Source: Antedon mediterranea
Lineage: Eukaryota > Animalia > Echinodermata
Direction of reading: 5' to 3'
NCBI RefSeq assembly: GCF_964355755.1
Contig: NC_092677.1
Location: 2,626,101 to 2,690,100 of the forward strand
Length of the DNA: 64,000 nt
Below the pieces are notes generated by a model. It ran no database searches. It saw only the letters and a program-made list of their open reading frames with translations, and was not told the origin of the DNA. The number at the start of each line of letters is the position of its first letter. Positions within the stretch are counted from its first letter, which is position 1. The translations under genes and the position numbers were made by a program. Shown in pieces: positions 12,378 to 25,029 of this stretch.

Positions 12378-13647
12378 TTATCTTTTATACACATTATCAT
12401 TATCACTTTCATATTCATCAATCACATAATCACTGTCAGAATCAGTAGAATCATTGTTAGAATAATCACTCTCCTCATTTATCAATTCTTGACAAAACAT
12501 TGTAAACTCATCACTTGTCACTTTAAACATCTTACAAAAACGACTCGGCGAAGTATCAATTACAATGTGCAGTTTGGGGTTGACAGATGAAGTCTTTGAC
12601 CGAATGTTTGGCGTCTCGTAGAGTCCAAGACGCAACAAAAATAAATGACGCTGCCTGACATGCTCGACAGAATAAGTGAACAGCTTCGCTTGAACCATTT
12701 GCTTGAGATCTGTTAGACCCATTCGAAAGTAGACATATTGAAAGAGATATTCTAAAGGAAAAAAAAAATCATAAAAAAGGTGTAAAGCATTTTGAAAAAT
12801 ATATAATTTTTCGTAATTTTTATTGAGCAGCATGTAAAGTATTTTTGGTTGATTGAAAGAAGTAACGTTGCTAATGAATAATGCCAGTAAACCTACCTGT
12901 CTCCTTTAAATTTGTCTCAAATATTCTTGGCGAATCATTTATGATTGTGGTAATCTGTTCCCTTGTGAAATGGCTATCTTTCAATAAATTCAAAACTGTG
13001 CTCAATTTTCCTTTTTTTAAAGTCAAAACTTGTGGACATTTTGTCACCAATCTCTGCAGATTTCCTTCAAGTATTCCAACCCGACGCAGAAAACTAGATC
13101 TATCAGAAAGTCTTGCGACATCAATTGTCCAGATATTGCGATTGTTAAGAACGAGGAGTACACGGTTTCCACCTAATCCAAGATTATCCAAAAACGTGAC
13201 AACATCATTAATTTTAACCCAGCTACAGTTAACAATTCTGGGATTTGTGGAAACAAACCCAAATATATTGCGTGTATCACAACTAATATCATTAAAAAGT
13301 TTAATAAGTTTTTCTAAGTTTTCCGACGCCTTCTCGCCTATGTTGTTTTTTGGCGAAACTTTTGCGTGAATCTCGTTCCAAAGTGTCGTGCAAAACTGTT
13401 TGGCGTCTTCATCATTTTTTATGTGAAGTATCAAGTTTGACGGATTGTAGTGTGCTGACCTGTATTGAACTTTAACCTTAGGATTGTATTTATTCAACAA
13501 TGTCAGTGAATTTTGTAATGGAAAATAAGGGTTGAGTGAAGTTGATGTGTAATATTCAAGTTTTGTAAAACTTTGTAGCGATTTGTTTCTGAGGATGAGT
13601 AATGCTGGCACGGACGACCTTCGCAATGCAAGTGACATCAGCAACAT
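12378..13647 (-). CDS. MTERF4: Mitochondrial transcription termination factor 4, ~374 aa
   Basis: Coding exons 12897-13647 (acceptor at 13663-13664, first ATG at 13647) and 12378-12751, joined in phase 1. Basic presequence-like N-terminus, MTERF repeats, EYLFQYVYFRMG...VRQRHLFLLRLGLYETP...NPKL and an acidic tail, as recalled for MTERF4. Confidence 0.9.
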
Positions 13648-13774
13648 GACTATGTCTACCAACTGTAAATATAAAACAAAGATTATTTATATATACAGTA
13701 TACTCCTATAGGCCTAGCCCACTTTTCTTTTCAAAAAACAGATGACAATTCTAAAAATTAATATTTTTTTAAAA

Positions 13775-14521
13775 CGCCGTGGTTAGGATTCCGGCACCGG
13801 AACTCAACTGCCCACCGTTAGGGAATCCGACACGCTATTGCGCATGCCCAGAGCTCTGGGAAGTGAATTATAGCTTGCACTAATAGTGCCACACCACGGA
13901 GAGTCGGAGTGTTATAGAGATTTACTGTACCCTAGATAATCGTTGCGCGAGCGAGAGAGCGATGGATGAAACTTGGCCTAGGCCTATGCCATACATGAAT
14001 TAATAATTAAAATACGACTACGCCACGCGTTAAAATAATTATGATATTAATAAGTATCAGTATCTATCTAAGAATCGTAATGCTGTTTTTAGTGTTGAGA
14101 CGCTGACTTCCCGAACAGTTTTTTCACATCCACGCGGTGGCTGCCGTCAACAAATCAACTTGTGATTGCATGTTGTATATGTACAGTATAATGCGTTATG
14201 AAAAATCATAAAACTAGTCATGTAATTATATAATTCATAATGATAAGAAGTTTATATATGAATGAAGCAACCACTTTTTAATTACAAAATCAATACTATA
14301 GGCCCACTGGTCACGTCTAACTGGTAGCCCTAGCCTAGATTAGTGGATCCCATATTAGTAGGCATCTAGGCTAGTTCGCCATGTGGCGCAGCTATGAAAT
14401 GATCCATTGCTGTTGATAAGTATAGAGTCGCCGATTACCTCGCTCAGGGCATGCGCAATAGCGTGTCGGATTCCCTAACGCTGGGCAGTTGAGTTCCGGT
14501 GCCGGAATCCTAACCACGGCG
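13775..14521. mobile_element. MITE with ~80-bp TIRs and 9-bp TSD (Mutator-like), just upstream of the MTERF4 coding exon
   Basis: CGCCGTGGTTAGGATTCCGGCACCGGAACTCAACTGCCCA...GCGCATGCCC inverted at both ends; TTTTTAAAA on both flanks (13766-13774, 14522-14530). Confidence 0.85.
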
Positions 14522-15099
14522 TTTTTAAAATTGCCTTCTTCTTTTTGCTATCCTATTAAAGTCTGTCTGCTCTAATCTAAGCCTAGACTATATAAGCCTA
14601 CTACTGCACTAGTACTCATTTAGCTAGTAGGCCTAGTATACATAGCCTGGTGGTGGGAAGCCTATATATGGCTAATAAAAGGGATAAGCCTCACTATAGT
14701 CATTAGCTAGTAGGGGTCTACTAGGCTAGGCTTTCTCTGAGTGAGAGAGGCTTATACATAAGTAGTTACTAATACTGTACTACTACTAGGAATCTAATCT
14801 AGCTAGAGCTAGCCTAGCCCTAGGTTACTTTACGCTAGACCATATTATTCTATCTCTAATCTCAGACTAAGTCAAATATGTTAATTATTAATTATTTATT
14901 TTACTAGCCTAGGCCTAATTCATTCTTCCAGCAGAGCAGACTCGACTATCAATATCATCGGAGCTCCAACCTCCATGTGCGTTTTATTTATGTTTACTGG
15001 TGGCAGCAAACAACTACTGCACAGTGTTGGTATTTAATTAGTGTGCATCGTAACGAACGCGTTTCAAATTTATAAAAACGCGTTTGACATGCATTTGTA

Positions 15100-16167
15100 C
15101 GGTGGCCCACAACTGTCACGCACACTATAACACAGAATCACACAATTAAAGAAGGAATTACACAATTAAAGAAGGAATCACACAATTAAAGAAGAAATCG
15201 CATATAAACAAAAGAAAGCATGAAAATATAAAACGAAATGCACAAATAAAGAAGAAACGCGCAATTAAAGAAGAGCTAAGCACAATTAAAGAAGTCCGCA
15301 CAACAAATTCGAAAGCTCCTCGCACAATTATTAAAGAAGTCCGCAACAAATTCGAAAGCTCCTCGCACAATTAAAGAAGTCCGCAACAAATTCGAAAGCT
15401 CCTCGCACAATTAAAGAAGTCCGCAACAAATTCGAAAGTATCTCGCACAATTAAAGTACAGTAGTCCATATGGAACGCCATCGCTGCCCCCGGCAGCAAA
15501 ATTTAATTCTATTTGGCTCTTTTACCATTACGTTCGGCTCTTTTACCATTTGGCGCATTTCTAGTCGGCCCATTTACCATTACGTTCGGCTCTTTCAGCA
15601 TTCGGCGCATTTCTATTTGGCCCATTTACCATTACGTTCGGCTCTTTCAGCATTCGGCTCTTTTTTATTCGGACCATTTACCATTACGTTCGGCTCTTTT
15701 TAATTCGGCCCTTTTTATTCGGCTCTTTTCTGCATTTCTGAATTAAAGTTTGCTTCCGGAGGCAGCGATGGCGTTCCATACGGACTACTGTACTTTAATT
15801 GTGCGAGGTACTTTCGAATTTGTTGCGGACTTCTTTAATTGTGCGAGGAGCTTTCGAATTTGTTGCGAACTTCTTTAATTGTGCAAGGTACTTTCGAATT
15901 TGTTGCGGACTTCTTTAATTGTGCGAGGAGCTTTTGATTTTGTTGCGAACTTCTTTAATTGTGCGAGGAGCTTTCGAATTTGTTGTGTGGACTTCTTTAA
16001 TTGTGCTTAGCTCTTCTTTAATTGCATTTCGTTTTATATTTTCATGCTTTCTTTTGTTTATATGCGATTCTTTCTTTAATTGTGTGATTTCTTCTTTAAT
16101 TGTGTGATTCCTTCTTTAATTGTGTGAATATGATTTATATAGTGTGCGTGACAGTTGTGGGCCACCG
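15100..16167. mobile_element. Palindromic foldback-type MITE with TA flanks (Tc1/mariner-like ends)
   Basis: TA|CGGTGGCCCACAACTGTCACGCACACTA...TAGTGTGCGTGACAGTTGTGGGCCACCG|TA. Arms of ~400 bp are built from CACAATTAAAGAAG and ~40-bp repeats; inner IR CAGTAGTCC.TATGGAACGCCATCGCTGCC at 15459/15790; central TTTACCATTACGTTCGGC repeats. Confidence 0.88.
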
Positions 16168-17167
16168 TAAACGAAAACTTTATAAATTAACCACATTTAT
16201 TCCAATATGTATTTACTTGATAAAATGGTTTATTATGGATATTATATACAATAATAATCTTTATTTTTAAAACAAGAAGAAAAGCACCCTAATTAACCAT
16301 GAATGAATAATACAGAAATTAAAATCACCCAAAATAAAATGTTTACAAATACAAAAGTACCTGGTCCAACAATAATTTATAAGTAATCTTATATTATGGA
16401 TACAATCTGCTGAATATATTGTAACTTATGAGGAATACTCAATTGTCCCAGTTTAAAAAAAGAAAAAATCATAGCATTATCATCTGTTGGTACTGCACAA
16501 AAGAAGGCGATTTTAATTCCTTGTTGTTGCACATCAAGACAGCGCTTCCAATATAACAATTTTACAATGTCCAAATATTGATACTGTGTCTCAAAGTCCA
16601 GGCTTTGTTTTATGTGTACAAGGAAAATTTTCATTCTGCTATTGACACTGTGCCTGTTGCCTTTTCAATTGTTAGATATTATGTCATGGCATACATTTAT
16701 TAATAAATAAATTTGACTTAATATATTAATTAATTATCACTATCTGCATATATTAGATTATTTCCCTTGGATAGAGGCACCTGAAGCTTTTTTTATTAAC
16801 TCCATTGACACACTACTACACAGATCATTTATGTTAAAATTAATTGTGGTTTTTAACTGTAATCTGCCGATGAGAGCAGTATGTATTGATAAAGAACGGT
16901 CATAATGGCCTGAATATGTGTTATCTGAGTTTCTCTACTTGTTGACCCTTGACCTGTCAATGTTCCACCACCATACTAATTATTCTTTTGAATTGTACCT
17001 ATACTTTAAAAAATTACTGTTTATTTTTAACAAACAACAATAATAAATCAAATTTAGGCAAGATCAGTCATTTATACTATTTTTACTATAATATTTTTAA
17101 TTTTAATTTTTTTAAATAACTGTAGATCAAGCACTCTTAGAATGATATCTATCGCCTTGGCAACAAA

Positions 17168-20100
17168 TTATTTTGCGGTAGCCCATGATGGATCATAGAC
17201 TAATGGGTAGAACTGGCCCGATAGCTTTTCACCCTAAAAGAAAAAAAAAATCATTTTTAATGGACAAATATCAAATTGATAAAATTGATTGATATTAATT
17301 TTATAAATTAAGAAACATTATGTCGCAGTTGATCATCAGTCCAGTTGTCAGTCCATTGTGTCGTCCGTTAGTCCTACCTTAGGCACAACTGGTGTTTTCT
17401 GAAGAATAGGATCATTAGAATCCGAAATAACGCCATCAGCGACGTAGTTGACAACACAAGCACGCCTAGGAAACTCTGATTTACAATTTATAAAAACAAA
17501 GTAGAAATCGGTTAAAACAGAAAAACATTTACTTTATTTATACTTATAGCTATATTCTATCAAATTTAGGCAATATGAATTAATAAAAATTATTACAAAT
17601 AAAATTATATTTACTAAATTCAAATATAATAATGAATGGGTGATGAAAAAACTTCCTTTACCTGTTGCCATAGGAACCGTGGACCATAAGAGGATGATGG
17701 AAACTTGCCTCACCCTTCTTAAGGAGCGATGGTACCGGTTTAAACAAAGCTTTTTCCTCCTCTGTTAACACAGTCTTAAAACATGAAAAGTTTATATAAA
17801 GTTGTATTAACAGATGTAAAACACATGACGATGACATATCGAGGAACTAGTTACATCATGGTTATTGACGCATGCAGACATTGGAATGTGGTTCATCACA
17901 TGACTTCTCAACACAGTAATGCCAGATATCAATGACACAAAATGTGTAGGTCGTAGGTCACCACAAATCGTGAGCTCCTTACTAATATAAAATACGTTCT
18001 AAAGACTTACTTGAATAGACTCCATATCTTTAAAGTTGAGATCGGTAATAGGCAGCGGTTCACCATCTTTACGCCACCTTAAAAAAAAAAATAAAAAAAA
18101 CTATAATACTGTGGCATAATGCAGAGGGAAAAGGTCTCCTAAGGGGGCCTCCAGCGGTGGGTAGTTGCATTTGACTGCTCATAAGGGGGGCCTCCAGCGG
18201 TGGGTAGTTGCATTTGACTGCTCATAAGGGGCCCTCCAGCGCTGGGTAGTTTCATTTGACTGCTCATGCTCTTAGTTCAGTGAGCGCTCATAGCTGTTTG
18301 CCTCTCACTGTAATTTCAAAGCAATCCCAATTTTGACCTTTTACTGAAGAGAGAAAATTGTAAATTGAAACTGACTTGTGAGAACCAGGAACGTAGTGTA
18401 AAGCACCGTTGTCAAGAGTCTGTTCATCCAAGGCTATGTGTACTGTCAGGTGCATCATGGGTTTTGTTCTTGTCCAATAGGAATAGTCTTGATGCCTACA
18501 AACAGAAAGTTAACAGCAATGTCATTATCAACAACTACTATTATACTACATATATTTGTAATACAAGTATTAAATTTAAATTAGTTTCAAAAATAAATAA
18601 ATTCAAGTTGTGAATATGGTGTTGATGTTGTTATGCTAAAAAAAATCAGGAAAAATAATACTTTATTTCACATGACGTACCGTACCTAAACCTAACTTTA
18701 ACTATATTTATTCAGAATACAGACACTATTTAAATGCAGTTATCCAGTTATCAAGTTATTGACATACCAATTTCAACGAGGATATCTTATAACTGATGTA
18801 GACTATTAGCAACATTTAAATAAGTAGGAGCTGATCCAGGGGTGACGTGCTCCCCACACCTTCCCACCGCGCCCCCCCCCCCCCCCATATTGTGATCTAA
18901 AATGAAATCTAAAAAATCCTGGATTCGCATCTGATACCTGTAACCTATTTCAATATTTCTGTCTTCTATATCATTTCCGTCTTATATTAATGGGGTTGAT
19001 GTAGTATGTTGTTAAAATATGTTGTTAAAATAATCAATTACAACCAATGTATGATAGATGAGTCATTAGCACACTATACATCGTCTAGACAAATCTCTAA
19101 TAAATATTTATACAAGTATTTCTAGAACTTCCAAACCCACGTCTTGCTCTGTAATTTGTGTATGTACATTTTGAGGGTGATGAATCAAGGCAGTAATACA
19201 TAAATTTATATGCCTTCTATTTCTCTAGTCTAGTGTGTAAATGAGATATCTACCACTGAAAAGTATTATCTAAGTTGTGGTTCGCACTAGGACGCAATGC
19301 AACAATGTATCGACACAAAGTGCTGTACTGCATAATCACAAGTGGGAACTGATGAAGTGCTGTAAACATTGAAAATATCAAATCAGTTATTTCACGCAAC
19401 AACGCAAAGCAAGAACACATGAAAAACATAGTACAGCGCGTAGTCAAGTATGAGAGGTGAAACAGGTCAAAGTCTTTGGAAACTGACGCGTAACCAAGCA
19501 GGTTTGATCTCACGCAGAAGAGGGCAAACACAGTTATTGGAAGGGTATTTTCTTACGTTGCATATGTGGGAACTACGCTCCACTAAATAACCTACCATGC
19601 TACCACGCCACCATGGTGAGGTGGCTTCGCAAAGAGCTGATCGTGCCACAGCCGCACTGATCTATCTTCCGTTGGATTCAGAAGTTTTGAGCTTGGAACC
19701 TGAAATTTAAGATAAATAATACACATATCTACCAACCAGTATTATGTTTACATTTAAAAGGTTATTTTTATTTTAGGTCGACAGTACTGAGCTGTTATCA
19801 GCAGGGAAATTCTTTAACAAAAATAAGAATATAATGTAAGAAAATTTGTGAAAAAAAAAAGAAAATGAATATATTTGTCACTTTTATTTATATTACCATA
19901 TTATTCTTTCTGAATTTGCAAATGAAATCAAATTCGGGAACGATAAAACAAAAGATTAAATTGTTTAAACATACGTACAGCAATATTAGGGAGGAATACT
20001 AAATCATGGAAGAGCTGGTTGATCCTCCAATGACCCAGGCAATGCATGAGAACATTGTCGGGGTCACCGCTTTGGTTACTATGGAATTCATAAAGTAGGT

Positions 20101-23100
20101 CGTACCCAGGAAACTGATCACTTTCATCCTGAATAACGAAAAAATTACAGTTATTATTGATTAATATCTTCATTTTTAGTTGATCTTAGGCAATCAAGAG
20201 ATAGTCTTAATTAACTGTATCCTACATAATAGAAATAAATGGAAGTCATAAATTGTAGACGATAAAGTTTTTGAATTATTATGCCATTAGAAGATTGAAA
20301 TATTGAAAGATGTAATAAAATTGATTACATTGTTATGTCATGTTGTGGAAGAAGATCTTGTGACTAATAGCTGAAGTGAACTACATTGTAAAAACTGTGA
20401 CTACATGATGATGGGTGGTCTGGTGGTTTTTAAAACCAGGAGGCATGGGTTCAAGTCCAGTGGCACTCTGATTTAATGTTTAACATTGCATTGCTTAGTT
20501 AAATTCAGCTACCGTATAATATTAGATTTATCAAACTACTGCAGCACGCTGGAAAAGCAAACATAATCTTTTTAAAGAACTTTTTGGTAAATATCGCCTC
20601 ATGAATACTCAAATTATTATCATTATTTATTTTACTTTTTCAAACTTAAAAATTAATTAACTACTTACCATTTGCTTCTAAAATGCAAACAATGAATTGT
20701 GGGAAATATGAAATGAAAAAAAAATAAATCCAAACATCATAAATGAATCATACTGAATTACAAAATTAAATAATTAAAGAAAATGTAAATGAAACCTCTC
20801 ATTTGGGATACATTCAACTCTCCAAATACCGGACACCTTTGGGCTGACCTAATATGTCTGTCTTTCTGTTAAGTCTGGTATTCAGAAAATGTTTTTAATG
20901 GTAAAAATTAGTTTGGGACCTTTGGACTTCAAGAAAAGTATGGTTTTGGGAGAGTTTCCGGTTTCTTAGAGAGTTGCTGTACCTCTATTCAGGGGACACC
21001 CTGTTAAGGACACTTACAATATCATTACTATCACAACATATCATTCAATTTGCAAGACCAACAACCAACAATGTCATGTTAATTCATTGTGTGCATGCAG
21101 GGGGATACTGGTGTTTCCTCGCTCCTCCTCGACACAGGTTTGATGGTTTCTAGTTCCTAGCGATGACCGATGACACATCGATTGACCTGACTTAAGTTGG
21201 GTCATCGGTGCTCACAAATTGAACACTCCCTATTACCAGTTATCATATCACTACAGCCATTACCAAGGTATCAACATCAACAAGCTATCACCACAACCAC
21301 AATCAATATAAATAATGAAATCAATCTATTAATCAAAATCAATTAACACCAACCGCTAATTGTTGGTAGACTGTAAGTATCTGGTCGCACTGTTCGGAAG
21401 TAAGTACAGGTACGTTCGTCAAATATCCCTTCTCCCAGAATTCCTTGACACGATCTTCTGGCAGTTGGAAATCATCCCAATTCGATGTGTCCTATGAAAC
21501 AAAGTGTTACACCTTATTGTTACATAAATTATAATGAACTACGAAGTGGTGGTAGGGGATGGTGGTAGGGGATGGTGGTAGGGGATGGTGGTAGGGGATG
21601 GTGGTAGGGGATGGTGGTAGGGGATGGTGGTAGGGGATGGTGGTAGGGGATGGTGGTAGGGGATGGTGGTAGGGGATGGTGGTAGGGGATGGTGGTAGGG
21701 GATGGTGGTAGGGGATGGTGGTAGGGGATGGTGGTAGGGGATGGTGGTAGGGGATGGTGGTAGGGGATGGTGGTAGGGGATGGTGGTAGGGGATGGTGGT
21801 AGGGGATGGTGGTAGGGGATGGTGGTAGGGGATGGTGGTAGGGGATGGTGGTAGGGGATGGTGGTAGGGGATGGTGGTAGGGGATGGTGGTAGGGGATGG
21901 TGGTAGGGGATGGTGGTAGGGGATGGTGGTAGGGGATGGTGGTAGGGGATGGTGGTAGGGGATGGTGGTAGGGGATGGTGGTAGGGGATGGTGGTAGGGG
22001 ATGGTGGTAGGGGATGGTGGTAGGGGATGGTGGTAGGGGGTGGTGGTAGGGGATGGTGGTAGGGGATGGTGGTAGGGGATGGTGGTAGGGGATGGTGGTA
22101 GGGGATGGTGGTAGGGGGTGGTGGTAGGGGGTGGTGGTAGGGGGTGGTGGTAGGGGATGGTGGTAGGGGATGGTGGTAGGGGATGGTGGTAGGGGATGGT
22201 GGTAGGGGATGGTGGTAGGGGATGGTGGTAGGGGATGGTGGTAGGGGATGGTGGTAGGGGATGGTGGTAGGGGATGGTGGTAGGGGATGGTGGTAGGGGA
22301 TGGTGGTAGGGGATGGTGGTAGGGGATGGTGGTAGGGGATGGTGGTAGGGGATGGTGGTAGGGGATGGTGGTAGGGGATGGTGGTAGGGGATGGTGGTAG
22401 GGGATGGTGGTAGGGGATGGTGGTAGGGGATGGTGGTAGGGGATGGTGGTAGGGGATGGTGGTAGGGGATGGTGGTAGGGGATGGTGGTAGGGGGTGGTG
22501 GGATGGGGAGTGGTCATGGATTAATTTAATTTGATTGATGGATGAATGTTGATAAAAGAAACTAGTAATTAGATTTTTTATTTGTTTGAAATATCTAAAA
22601 CATTTATGAATTTGTTTAGGATTATAATTTATAGATCTACCAGTAGCTAATGATTTGTCATGCAGTTGCTTTTTGTTTTATTTTGTTAATAGGGGTTGGT
22701 ATTTGACCAGTTCTTTTACTTCTTTTTCTGATCCTAGAAACAGTTCTTATTTAATGTACCATTTTAAGTTATTGTAATTAATGTATGCTGCTTTTATTTC
22801 TTAAACTGTTTCTAAATAAATGTTGAACTAAAATGTTGAACTATATGGAAAGTGAATTTCTGCGCATGGCAAGATATAGCCTACATACCTTGGCAAACAA
22901 CCCTCCACTTGGTTTTTCAACTGTACTCCAGTCCTTCGTGGTGGGTGCCTGAAAAAATAAATTTGTAAATGATGAAATGTCTTCTAATAATAATGTGAGG
23001 AGTGCCACTAAATAACTAGTTTAGCTAAGCCTTAGGCGTCTCTTTCTGGTAAATAAAACTAGGTTAAAGCTATTCTAAATATAATAATTAATATATAAAT

Positions 23101-23475
23101 GCACTATCCTATTATAACTAATATTAATTAATGTATAATACTGGCCTGGATCTACCTCTAGGCAGCCTGGCTAGGTCAACAGTAGGCCCAGATTGAGGAG
23201 GCTAGTTAGAAAGATAAATGCGACCGACATTCCATCTATCACCAGCAGCAGTCTACTATATCTAGTACTTAGTACTACACACAGGCCGACAAATTTACAA
23301 ATTTTTGACAATTGATGTTTAATACTGTATATGAATGGCAATAATGACAAGCAGCATGCATATATATACTGATCCATGCTTTCTAATAAACATGTTATGT
23401 ATTTATAAATTTACCCATTACATTTTTTATACGAATATAAACGATTTTTATTAGCAATACTACTTTACTTACCAT
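17168..23475 (-). CDS. Phytanoyl-CoA dioxygenase (PhyH)-family 2-oxoglutarate/Fe(II) dioxygenase, 307 aa
   Basis: Exons 23473-23475 (ATG only), 22889-22948, 21354-21491, 19979-20128, 19596-19699, 18376-18495, 18011-18077, 17662-17774, 17378-17480, 17168-17233 (924 nt). Motifs [77 protein letters not shown] (HxD...H triad, 2OG-binding Arg). One acceptor is non-canonical (AA at 17481-17482). Confidence 0.9.
18140..18267. repeat. ~43-bp tandem repeat x3
   Basis: TAAGGGGGCCTCCAGCGGTGGGTAGTTGCATTTGACTGCTCA repeated three times. Confidence 0.9.
21547..22505 (+). repeat. 13-bp G-rich minisatellite (GGTGGTAGGGGAT)n, ~73 copies
   Basis: Near-perfect tandem array with a few A>G variant units (~22040, 22118-22145, 22495); lies in dioxygenase intron 2. 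Confidence 0.98.
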
Positions 23476-23946
23476 ACTCCCTTTTCACTTTGCTGTGTGA
23501 AGCTCAAGGTTATGTTGTTGTTGTGTAATCACGTGATTTTCACGCTTGATTAGTTTTTACTACAGTAGTCAGGTGACCTACAAGTTTTTGTAAACAAACC
23601 AACGTGTTTTTTAATACATTCGTGGAGCTATAAAATTAATTTTGTAACTCCATGATACATTCATTACTATAGTAACCGACTTTATGGACATAATTCATTC
23701 AATTCATTTATTAAATAAAACAGCTGTAGCATTCTGTGCATATATTTATTTTTCAAATATCTTAATCTGACATCTTTATTTCCCACACTCTTTTAAAGTT
23801 TATGTCCCACACTTATGATCCAATCTTAATTGTTTTATTTTTAAATGGGGGATCTTTGGTTAAAATGACAATATATATAATATGCTCATATATCTTGGAA
23901 GGTTGGGTTTAAGGTAAAAATAGGATATATAATAATAATACCACAT

Positions 23947-24240
23947 TTATATAGCGCCCTTTTCATGAGTAATCATGCTCAAAGGTGCTTTACAAGCATT
24001 ATTACCCCAGTATTTTTTTGGGATCAAACACGCATGGAAACATACTCCCATAATGCAGCCGGTAACCAGCACAAAGTTGTGTCTGGATCTAACTGGGTAC
24101 CCATTTATACACCTGGGTGGAGAGAGGCAACGTAAATAAAGTATCTTGCCTACGGATACAAGCAATGCGGCGAGAGTTGGATTCGAACCTAGGTCTGACG
24201 ATCGGTAGTCCAACGTCCAACACACTGCGCCACACGCCCT
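23947..24240 (-). mobile_element. tRNA-derived SINE
   Basis: Minus strand: A box GTGGCGCAGTG, B box GGTTCGAATCC, central CCTCTCTCCACCCAGGTGTATAAATGGGTACC, LINE-like tail GCGCTATATAAAT followed by (ATT)n. Confidence 0.8.
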
Positions 24241-24497
24241 ATGATACATATATATGATACAACGTCAAATGAGAGCATGAAATGATCATATACAGTAACA
24301 TGGTATTACAATTACAATTTTGTTTGTTTGTAAGTGAACAACTTATATTATGAACAGTTTTTTTATTATTTTGAATATAATGTCTATAAATTGTCAGCAA
24401 TGTGTGCTTTTGGGACTATATTTCAAAAGCTTTATTCAAAAGATTGTCATAATTTTCACTTCATACACATAAACACAAGGGCGTTTGTACATCTTAA

Positions 24498-24633
24498 AGC
24501 TCTGTCTACACTATCAAAGTATATGTGACAAAAAACGTGATATTATACCACTACCGTATTTAAGCACATCACTACCATATTTGGGCACATCACACTTTTG
24601 TTGTCAAACTAGTTTGATAGTGTAGACAGAGCT
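24498..24633. mobile_element. Tourist/Harbinger-like MITE family A (~130-160 bp)
   Basis: TIR AGCTCTGTCTACACTATCAAA with TAA TSD. Further copies at 36455-36602, 38115-38259, 43327-43456, 44501-44630, 54296-54457; partial copies at ~26420-26519 and ~60324-60442. Confidence 0.9.
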
Positions 24634-25029
24634 TAATTTACACAACCAAGGTAAATTCATTATTAATATGTAACATTATTTGCATATTCATGTACAATAC
24701 TTCTCACATGATAAAAGAATACTCACAACATGGACAAACAAGATGACATTTGGAGAGTTGTTGGAATTATTTTACTGCAGTTACTGCAGTAACTACATTT
24801 TGGTTTACACGACTATTTAGCAAGATTTGTTTAGGTAATCATACACACTGTACATTGAAACAAACTAAAATCATACATTACTGCAGTAAAAAATGTATTT
24901 ACATTACTGCTGCAGTAACTGCAGTAGAATAATTTTGACATGATTATCTTATTATATCATTATTACTGGCCAGACAAAAGGGAGATACAAGGATGTATAT
25001 TAAAATAGTGTTGAATGTATGTCTCGTCA

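Noticed and set aside
12881-13369. 162-aa + strand ORF
   Set aside because: Antisense shadow of the MTERF4 coding exon.
15158-16107. Pair of near-identical ORFs on opposite strands
   Set aside because: Mirror translations of the inverted arms of a palindromic MITE.
21507-22517. 336-aa Pro/His-rich extensin-like ORF
   Set aside because: It is only the translation of the 13-bp minisatellite inside a dioxygenase intron; no splice or signal-peptide support.
24165-24240. Functional tRNA gene
   Set aside because: It is the head of a SINE, continuing into a core domain and LINE-like tail.
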